The notes beneath the pieces are model-generated. The model had not been told where the DNA came from and did not search any database. It saw only the letters and a list, made by a program, of their open reading frames with translations. Shown here one piece after another: positions 1 to 4,802 of a DNA stretch of 4,802 nt. Made by a program: the position numbers and the translations under genes. This DNA comes from a virus. Lineage: Duplodnaviria; Heunggongvirae; Uroviricota; Caudoviricetes. The DNA lies in the IMG/VR virus record IMGVR_UViG_2617270946_000015; one strand, 5' to 3'. Each line of letters begins with the position of its first letter. Position 1 is the first letter of the stretch.

Positions 1-2
1 CC

Positions 3-1232
3 CGTGAAATATACCGCCTGGAGCCTGAAGAAAGCTGTTGCCCGGAGTGTGGCGGTGAGCTGGATTATCTGGGGGAAGTCAGCGCAGAACAACTGGAACT
101 GGTGAGCAGCGCCCTGAAAGTGATCCGCACAGAACGGGTAAAAAAAGCCTGTACAAAATGTGACTGCATCGTTGAAGCACCGGCGCCGTCCCGCCCGATA
201 GAGCGTGGTATCGCGGGCCCCGGATTACTTGCCCGCGTGTTAACGGGAAAATACTGCGAACACCTGCCACTGTATCGTCAGAGTGAAATCTTTGCCCGAC
301 AGGGTGTCGAACTGAGCCGTGCATTACTCTCCAACTGGGTTGACGCGTGCTGCCAGTTAATGACGCCGCTGAATGATGCCCTGTACCGTTATGTGATGAA
401 TACCCGCAAGCTTCACACTGACGACACACCGGTAAAGGTACTGGCACCGGGCCTGAAAAAGACGAAAACAGGGCGCATCTGGACGTATGTCCGGGATGAT
501 CGCAATGCGGGTTCGTCATCTCCTCCGGCGGTCTGGTTCGCGTACTCATCGAACCGGCAGGGGAAACACCCGGAGCAACACCTCCGCCCCTTCCGGGGTA
601 TCCTGCAGGCGGATGCGTTCACAGGTTATGACAGGCTGTTCAGTGCAGAACGTGAAGGTAGTGCGCTGACAGAAGTTGCGTGCTGGGCTCATGCCCGGAG
701 AAAAATCCACGATGTATACATCAGCAGCAAAAGTGCGACGGCAGAAGAAGCCCTGAAGCGAATCAGTGAACTGTACGCCATCGAGGATGAAATACGGGGA
801 TTACCAGAGTCAGAGCGTCTTGCAGCCAGGCAGCAGCGAAGCAAAGCGTTACTGACGTCGCTGCATGAATGGATGGTGGAGAAGAATGGCACGCTGTCGA
901 AAAAATCCAGACTGGGCGAAGCGTTCAGCTATGTACTGAATCAGTGGGACGCCCTCTGTTATTACAGTGATGACGGTCTGGCGGAGGTGGACAATAACAC
1001 AGCGGAAAGAGCGCTTCGTGCAGTCTGTCTCGGAAAGAAAAATTACGTGTTCTTCGGTAGCGATCACGGCGGCGAGCGTGGAGCACTGCTGTACGGGCTG
1101 ATCGGCACCTGCCGTCTGAACGGTATCGATCCGGAAGCGTATCTGCGCCATATTCTGAGCGTACTGCCGGAATGGCCCTCCAACCGTGTTGACGAACTCC
1201 TGCCATGGAACGTAGTACTCACCAATAAATAA
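3..1232 (+). CDS. tnpC: IS66-family transposase (TnpC/orf3), 5'-partial; N-terminus lies upstream of the window
   Basis: Frame 3 is open from the window edge (pos 3) to TAA at 1230-1232 (410 codons); the ORF track reports it only from an internal GTG at 102. Translation from pos 3 reads ...EESCCPECGGELDYLGE...KKACTKCDCIVEAP..., a paired-cysteine zinc-finger region that I recognise as typical of IS66 TnpC, followed by a long transposase-sized body (HTDDTPVKVL, WAHARRKI, VDNNTAERALR). The stop is followed directly by an IS66-type terminus. Family assignment is from motif recall, not a search. Confidence 0.9.
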   Translation, partial: REIYRLEPEESCCPECGGELDYLGEVSAEQLELVSSALKVIRTERVKKACTKCDCIVEAPAPSRPIERGIAGPGLLARVLTGKYCEHLPLYRQSEIFARQGVELSRALLSNWVDACCQLMTPLNDALYRYVMNTRKLHTDDTPVKVLAPGLKKTKTGRIWTYVRDDRNAGSSSPPAVWFAYSSNRQGKHPEQHLRPFRGILQADAFTGYDRLFSAEREGSALTEVACWAHARRKIHDVYISSKSATAEEALKRISELYAIEDEIRGLPESERLAARQQRSKALLTSLHEWMVEKNGTLSKKSRLGEAFSYVLNQWDALCYYSDDGLAEVDNNTAERALRAVCLGKKNYVFFGSDHGGERGALLYGLIGTCRLNGIDPEAYLRHILSVLPEWPSNRVDELLPWNVVLTNK

Positions 1233-1261
1233 GCGTCAATACGGTGCTCCGTTGACGCTTA
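1230..1261. repeat. Perfect 10-bp palindrome (TAAGCGTCAA / TTGACGCTTA) with 12-nt spacer inside the IS66 terminal inverted repeat, overlapping the tnpC stop codon
   Basis: Seen directly: 1230-1239 taagcgtcaa and 1252-1261 ttgacgctta are exact reverse complements; spacer 1240-1251 tacggtgctccg. The tnpC TAA (1230-1232) lies in the left arm. Confidence 0.6.
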
Positions 1262-1262
1262 C

Positions 1263-1471
1263 GAATTACCGGAAAAGAACTCTCTATTTTCTCTTCACGC
1301 TTAAATGCAAATAAATTCCCGATCGTTATCGACTGGTTAAGTAAAGGGTTAATTAAACCAGAAAAATTAATTACCCATACGTTTGATTTCCAGCATGTTG
1401 CTGATGCCATTAGTTTATTTGAACAGGATCAAAAACATTGCTGCAAAGTCTTACTCACTTTTTCTGAATAA
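1263..1471 (+). pseudogene. rspB: 3' fragment (last ~69 codons) of a zinc-type medium-chain dehydrogenase/reductase gene, truncated at its 5' side by the IS66 insertion; rspB-like
   Basis: In-frame translation 1263..1468 gives ITGKELSIFSSRLNANKFPIVIDWLSKGLIKPEKLITHTFDFQHVADAISLFEQDQKHCCKVLLTFSE, stop TAA 1469-1471. This is a typical C-terminal tail of a Zn-dependent MDR alcohol/threonine-dehydrogenase-type protein (LITH...F...KVLL ending). The frame has a TGA at 1253-1255 inside the IS terminus, so the gene has no start here. The rspB name rests on my recollection that rspB flanks the Qin prophage integrase in E. coli K-12; unverified. Confidence 0.55.
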
Positions 1472-1528
1472 TACCAATAACGGCGAGTAAGTAGTACGCA
1501 TCTTACCTCTTTTTTAGAGATAACCATT

Positions 1529-1639
1529 ATGACAATAGAAAAACACGAAAGAAGCACTAAGGATTTGGTGAAAGCAGCAGTATCGGGATGGCTGGGCACT
1601 GCGCTTGAATTTATGGATTTCAAGAGTCATGCGTGTTAA
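1529..1639 (+). pseudogene. ydfJ: 5' fragment of an MFS (metabolite:H+ symporter-type) transporter gene, interrupted after ~31 codons by prophage integration; ydfJ-like
   Basis: ATG at 1529, 57 bp downstream of the dehydrogenase stop. Translation MTIEKHERSTKDLVKAAVSGWLGTALEFMDF ends in the G-x-x-x-E-(W/F)-x-D-F signature found at the start of TM1 in MHS-family transporters (ProP/KgtP/ShiA-like). The sequence then diverges (KSHAC) and stops at 1637-1639, 20 bp before the convergent integrase stop. ydfJ is recalled as the gene split by the Qin prophage in E. coli K-12; symbol unverified. Confidence 0.5.
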
Positions 1640-1658
1640 CTATTTGATAAATATTAAA
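1604..1658. other. Approximate chromosome/prophage junction (attL or attR core expected here)
   Basis: Transporter similarity ends at about codon 31 (pos 1621) and the integrase stop is at 1659-1661. The interval is A+T-rich and contains a short inverted repeat, cttgaa (1604-1609) / ttcaag (1619-1624). The exact core cannot be defined without the other prophage end or an uninterrupted allele. Confidence 0.3.
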
Positions 1659-2954
1659 TTAATTTTTCATTGCTTCGTTATGGGGCATGGTTGGGGCAAA
1701 CTCGCTTAACTGTGTATTTAACAAAGCTACCTGTGCATTATTGTTTTCAGACATCCATTTTCCGTATACCTGAAATACCATTTGCGCATCTGCATGGCCC
1801 ATCTGGTTTGCTATAAATGCCGGGTTAGCACCAGCTGTCAGCGACCAGCAGGCATAAGTATGTCTCGACTGATATGATTTTCGATGGCGGAGTCCGGCAC
1901 GTTTTATCGCTGCGTCCCACATCTGCCTTATTGAGTCAACGGTAAAATGGTCACCATAATTTTTTACTCTCGCTGACACTTCAGGTTGAAAAACAAAGGT
2001 GCATTTTTGTTTTTCTGTTCTGCCATACTCTCTGAGGTGAACATCAATGATATGCTCTTTGCTCAGTCTCGTTAATGTCATCTGACTCCGGAGAGCGTCG
2101 ATTGCTGGCTTAATAAGATGAATGACCCGATTGGTTCCCGCCTGTGTTTTTGGTACCGTGAAACGGTCTTTTGCTAAATTTCTCCTGATCATCATTGTTC
2201 CATTTTTCAGATCTATGTCCTCCCATCCAAGTGCACACAGCTCACCAGGGCGAACTCCAGTATAAACAGAAACACACCATAAATTTTTTGCTTGCTGATT
2301 TCTGCACGCATCGATAAGACGGATAAATTCTTCCCGCGAAAGAGGATCCGGAATGGTTCTTGATTCCTTTAATGGCGAGATCCCCTTAAACGGATTATCT
2401 GCCAGGTAACCGTTATCAACACCAAACTGGAACACGGCGTTAAGATTTGTCATGTAATTATTTACAGTTACAGCCGATCTCCCTGGTTGTGTAACAATAT
2501 AGTTACTTTTGGGGATCTGGTATCCAGTCAGTAACTCTTTACGAACCTCCAGTAATTTTTCTTTATTAATCGATGAGGCAAGATTTTTTTCACCGATTAT
2601 GCTCAGGATATTTTTGATGACGGCACGGTATGTGTTGAGTGATGTTTTGGCGACTTCAGTTTCTTTCAGTGCCAGAAATTTTTCAGCCAGTTCTTTTATG
2701 GTTAAATCTTGTCGGGCCTCACCAAATTTTTCCAGATTGCGTGAGGAGGGAAACTGTTTTGCATAGTCGAAAACACCAGTTTTTATTGCGTAACAAACAG
2801 AGGAGCGTAGTTCACCTGCAACGCGCCTGTTTTTTGCTGTGTCAGGAACCCCCAGATTTTCCCTGACTCTTACGTCTTTATAAACAAACCAGATACGTAA
2901 TTTCCCTCCATGGTTTTCCACGCCTGTCGGATATTTCATTTCAACTTCTCTCAT
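1659..2954 (-). CDS. int: Phage tyrosine integrase (site-specific recombinase) with N-terminal arm-type DNA-binding domain
   Basis: 431-codon ORF. N-terminus YPTGVENHGGKLRIWFVYKDVRVRE resembles the arm-binding domain of Rac/e14/Qin-type lambdoid integrases. The catalytic region carries VYTGVRPGEL (Arg box), ...SRHTYACWSL... (R-H) and ...MGHADAQMVFQVYGKWM (His and the Tyr nucleophile). The longest ORF starts at ATG 2954 (MREVEM...); the internal ATG at 2939 (MKYPTGVE...) is preceded by a GAGAGAAG purine tract and may be the real start. Confidence 0.93.
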   Translation of the reverse strand: MREVEMKYPTGVENHGGKLRIWFVYKDVRVRENLGVPDTAKNRRVAGELRSSVCYAIKTGVFDYAKQFPSSRNLEKFGEARQDLTIKELAEKFLALKETEVAKTSLNTYRAVIKNILSIIGEKNLASSINKEKLLEVRKELLTGYQIPKSNYIVTQPGRSAVTVNNYMTNLNAVFQFGVDNGYLADNPFKGISPLKESRTIPDPLSREEFIRLIDACRNQQAKNLWCVSVYTGVRPGELCALGWEDIDLKNGTMMIRRNLAKDRFTVPKTQAGTNRVIHLIKPAIDALRSQMTLTRLSKEHIIDVHLREYGRTEKQKCTFVFQPEVSARVKNYGDHFTVDSIRQMWDAAIKRAGLRHRKSYQSRHTYACWSLTAGANPAFIANQMGHADAQMVFQVYGKWMSENNNAQVALLNTQLSEFAPTMPHNEAMKN

Positions 2955-2973
2955 TAGTTAGTGTGGCTTTTAG

Positions 2974-3225
2974 TCAAGTAAGATGACGTCTTGGTCTCGC
3001 TGATGCCTGGCGCTCAATCCAGCGATCAATTTCTTCCAGGTTGTAAAAGCATGGACTGTTATCCCATGGCATACCGTCATGAGCGACATGCTTATATTCC
3101 CTTCCTTCCATAAACGATTTTTCCCGGGCCTTTTTTAACGTACCTTTTTTTATTCCTTTCAGCGCAATTAACTGCTCTTCGGATACCCATTTGCCGGGAG
3201 AGACAATCATGATTACTTCGCTCAT
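2974..3225 (-). CDS. xis: Excisionase-like / small DNA-binding recombination directionality factor (putative Xis)
   Basis: 83-aa basic ORF immediately upstream of and co-directional with int (19-bp gap), the canonical xis-int arrangement. The motif ...KGTLKKAREKSFMEGREYKHVAHDGMPWDNSPCFYNLEEIDRWI... resembles the excisionase-like small proteins found next to integrases in enterobacterial prophages. Assignment is by position and motif recall, not a search. An alternative start at the second ATG (MIVSPGKW) is possible. Confidence 0.7.
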   Translation of the reverse strand: MSEVIMIVSPGKWVSEEQLIALKGIKKGTLKKAREKSFMEGREYKHVAHDGMPWDNSPCFYNLEEIDRWIERQASARPRRHLT

Positions 3226-3254
3226 CGATTTCTTTATCTCTTACATCAGACGAG

Positions 3255-3286
3255 CGCCGGTTGCAGAATACCAGTCACAACCGGCG
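3255..3286 (-). promoter_or_regulatory. Intergenic inverted repeat (9-bp arms, 14-nt spacer) between the exonuclease-domain gene and xis; possible protein-binding site or RNA hairpin
   Basis: 3255-3263 cgccggttg and 3278-3286 caaccggcg are exact reverse complements. It lies in the 72-bp gap between the stop of the upstream gene (3298) and the xis start (3225). No U-tract follows on the transcribed strand, so it is not a classic intrinsic terminator. Confidence 0.3.
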
Positions 3287-3297
3287 ACAGTTGAACA

Positions 3298-4797
3298 TTA
3301 AGAATCAGCCTGACTCGGGATCAGTTTTTGCCAGATAACTGAAACGTATTTTGCCTGGTAACGGGCGTCATCAAGTGCATTATGGCGCTCACCTTCGAAT
3401 GGAATAGCCGTTCTGGCATCGAAGTCTATGGCTTTCCCCAGCTCAACGATTGTGCGTACATCGCGATCGTTGTAGTAACGCCACGGGCAGGGGATCCCCT
3501 GCCGTTCGTATGAACGGCGCAAAATCGTGTTGTCGAAGTTGGCTCCATTTCCCCAAACCTGAACAAAAAATTCACCGGAGTTTTCGTCGATAAATTCTCG
3601 CAATTGTAACAGTGCATCATCTAACGGGATTTCATCGGTCATAATGGCAGATTGCGCTTCGCGTGATTGCTTAAGCCACCATTTAATGGTGTCCCGATCA
3701 ATGACTCCGCCAGCAGTTTCCAGATCGATAGTCTTACTAAATTCCGGTCCCATATCTCCGGTTTGCGGATCGAAAAATATTGCACCTATTGAGATGATCG
3801 GGGCATCAGGATTTTTTCCCATGGTTTCAAGGTCGATCATTAGATGGTCACACGTCCTGCTGGTGGATGTGATTTCTTGATGACCGTTCACCTTAATTGA
3901 GTGATCTGCCGTCTCGCCAGTTTCATTATCGCTATCGTGATGCTGATTGCCGCCAGTGTTCTCCTTGTGTGGATGTTCAGCGCCTTCCATTTCCTCCGGA
4001 TTATCTTCCTGAACTTCAGGCTGATACTCTTCATCGAATGTTTCCTGGTATGTTGCGTCGCCCATTACCGCGCCACAATCAGGGCAGTTGCCGCCGCCGG
4101 TCTGACCGCAGGCGGTGCAGACTTTTTCCACTTCCTGTTGCGCCACTGATTCAGGCTGTTTCGTTTCTGGCTCGTTTTGTAACGCATTTGGGCTGTTTTG
4201 TTCCGCTTTCTGGTCGTTCTGTTCCGTTTCTTGCTGGTTCTGGTTCACAGAATCGCGGGTCTGGTTCCCCTTAACCCATTTCGGATCATTCGGGTCGCTA
4301 ATCCCTTCAACAAATTCACCACGTGATACTGCAAGCAGTTCATCGGCGTCAGGCTGGCTGATATTGGCTGCCTGCATAATTTTGTTTACTTCGTCAGCGG
4401 TAACTTTTACTGACCCTGGTTGTGCGGTCGTGTCAGATGCACCAGTATTTTGTTGTGAACCTGAGTATGTACCGTTTTTGCAGGCGAAATATTCTTCTTT
4501 CGTGATTTCAGTAGCCCCAGCAGACAGCGCCTTATCCAGACCAGAAAGTTTGTTTGCGCGACCGTATTTTTCGCCATCCTTGTCGGTGAAGAGGAAGTAG
4601 AACGGCCCCTCACGTTCTACAGATGGTTCGACTTCCACTTTGCATTCGGTTTTTTCGTTGTCCGGAATTGCCGTTTCCACTGCATCAGTTTCTGGTACTG
4701 GCGACGAGAGAGTATCAGTTGCGCTCTGATTTGTTCCTTCATCTTCAAACACGCCCTTTGTAGTCAGGTATTCAGTAATGTATTTGTTCAGTGCCAC
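3298..4797 (-). CDS. Prophage multi-domain protein: N-terminal domain of unknown function, acidic Q/N/E-rich linker, C4 zinc ribbon and C-terminal DEDDh-type 3'-5' exonuclease domain
   Basis: 499-codon ORF, stop TAA at 3298-3300 (minus strand). The C-terminal ~190 aa carry the three DnaQ-like exonuclease motifs in order: Exo I D-x-E in [10 protein letters not shown], Exo II in [15 protein letters not shown], Exo III H-x4-D in [13 protein letters not shown]. Upstream is a CxxC-x10-CxxC ribbon ([16 protein letters not shown]) flanked by strongly acidic low-complexity sequence. The reported start is a GTG at 4797; the frame stays open for the 5 nt to the window edge, so the true start may lie beyond the window. 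Confidence 0.85.
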   Translation of the reverse strand: MALNKYITEYLTTKGVFEDEGTNQSATDTLSSPVPETDAVETAIPDNEKTECKVEVEPSVEREGPFYFLFTDKDGEKYGRANKLSGLDKALSAGATEITKEEYFACKNGTYSGSQQNTGASDTTAQPGSVKVTADEVNKIMQAANISQPDADELLAVSRGEFVEGISDPNDPKWVKGNQTRDSVNQNQQETEQNDQKAEQNSPNALQNEPETKQPESVAQQEVEKVCTACGQTGGGNCPDCGAVMGDATYQETFDEEYQPEVQEDNPEEMEGAEHPHKENTGGNQHHDSDNETGETADHSIKVNGHQEITSTSRTCDHLMIDLETMGKNPDAPIISIGAIFFDPQTGDMGPEFSKTIDLETAGGVIDRDTIKWWLKQSREAQSAIMTDEIPLDDALLQLREFIDENSGEFFVQVWGNGANFDNTILRRSYERQGIPCPWRYYNDRDVRTIVELGKAIDFDARTAIPFEGERHNALDDARYQAKYVSVIWQKLIPSQADS

Positions 4798-4802
4798 AGG
4801 GT

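Larger units (their letters stand above)
1..1262 (+). mobile_element. IS66-family insertion sequence, right-hand portion (left part outside window); right end at about 1262
   Basis: tnpC runs to 1232. The reverse complement of 1245-1262 is 5'-GTAAGCGTCAACGGAGCA, matching the conserved 5'-GTAAGCG terminus of IS66-family inverted repeats. A different, A+T-richer sequence with an unrelated reading frame begins at 1263. Confidence 0.75.
1622..4802. mobile_element. Integrase-proximal end of a lambdoid prophage (partial; continues beyond the window end)
   Basis: Convergent int with an adjacent upstream xis-like gene and a phage-type exonuclease-domain gene, all on the minus strand; the chromosomal transporter gene is disrupted at the boundary; composition is visibly more A+T-rich than the IS66 segment. 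Confidence 0.75.

Noticed and set aside
79-1206. Several minus-strand ORFs (79..549, 413..622, 689..892, 849..1151, 925..1206) and a plus-strand ORF 487..669 overlapping tnpC
   Set aside because: All lie inside the continuous IS66 transposase ORF. They are Arg/Cys/Ser-rich shadow ORFs typical of G+C-rich DNA and none has a recognisable motif.
1219-1623. Minus-strand ORFs 1219..1410 and 1429..1623
   Set aside because: Antisense to the dehydrogenase remnant and the transporter start, both of which have recognisable family-typical sequence on the plus strand.
1472-1658. Possible tRNA or tmRNA gene as the prophage attachment site next to the integrase 3' end
   Set aside because: No cloverleaf-compatible sequence or T-loop (GTTCRANYC-type) motif is evident. 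The interval is explained by the transporter 5' coding sequence, so integration appears to be into a protein-coding gene.
2509-2866. Plus-strand ORFs 2509..2766 and 2639..2866 inside the integrase gene
   Set aside because: Antisense to the integrase CDS, which has clear catalytic motifs; no motifs or start context of their own.
3901-4149. 82-aa strongly hydrophobic plus-strand ORF ([26 protein letters not shown]...) that looks like a small membrane protein
   Set aside because: Entirely antisense to, and nested in, the well-supported exonuclease-domain CDS. Its hydrophobicity is the expected mirror of the acidic codons on the coding strand. No independent start or RBS context.
3897-4600. Plus-strand ORFs of 125 aa (3897..4274) and 161 aa (4115..4600), Cys/Ser/Phe-rich
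   Set aside because: Antisense to the 499-aa CDS with low-complexity composition mirroring the coding-strand repeats; treated as shadow ORFs.
4407-4613. 68-aa minus-strand ORF in a different frame within the exonuclease-domain gene
   Set aside because: Out-of-frame overlap within a longer, motif-supported CDS on the same strand; no evidence of independent translation.
1-4802. CRISPR array or other regularly spaced direct repeats
   Set aside because: No repeat-spacer periodicity is visible anywhere; the only repeats are the IS-end palindrome, an intergenic inverted repeat and the degenerate coding tandem repeats.

Overview
This window is a pile-up of two mobile elements around a roughly 360-bp sliver of chromosome. 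Positions 1-1262 are the 3' part of an IS66-family insertion sequence: a 5'-partial tnpC (3..1232) and a right terminus whose reverse complement starts 5'-GTAAGCG. Positions 1263-1639 hold the 3' remnant of a zinc-type medium-chain dehydrogenase (rspB-like, cut by the IS) and the first ~31 codons of an MFS/MHS transporter (ydfJ-like). From about 1622 to the window end is the integrase end of a lambdoid prophage, all on the minus strand: a tyrosine integrase (1659..2954), an excisionase-like gene (2974..3225), and a 499-aa protein (3298..4797) combining an unknown N-terminal domain, an acidic low-complexity linker, a C4 zinc ribbon and a C-terminal DEDDh 3'-5' exonuclease domain. The layout matches my recollection of the E. 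coli rspB / ydfJ / Qin-prophage attachment locus, but that needs a database search. I found no rRNA, tRNA or CRISPR array. The 499-aa exonuclease-fusion protein is the least explained element and the best candidate for new biology; the rest is conventional mobile-element architecture.
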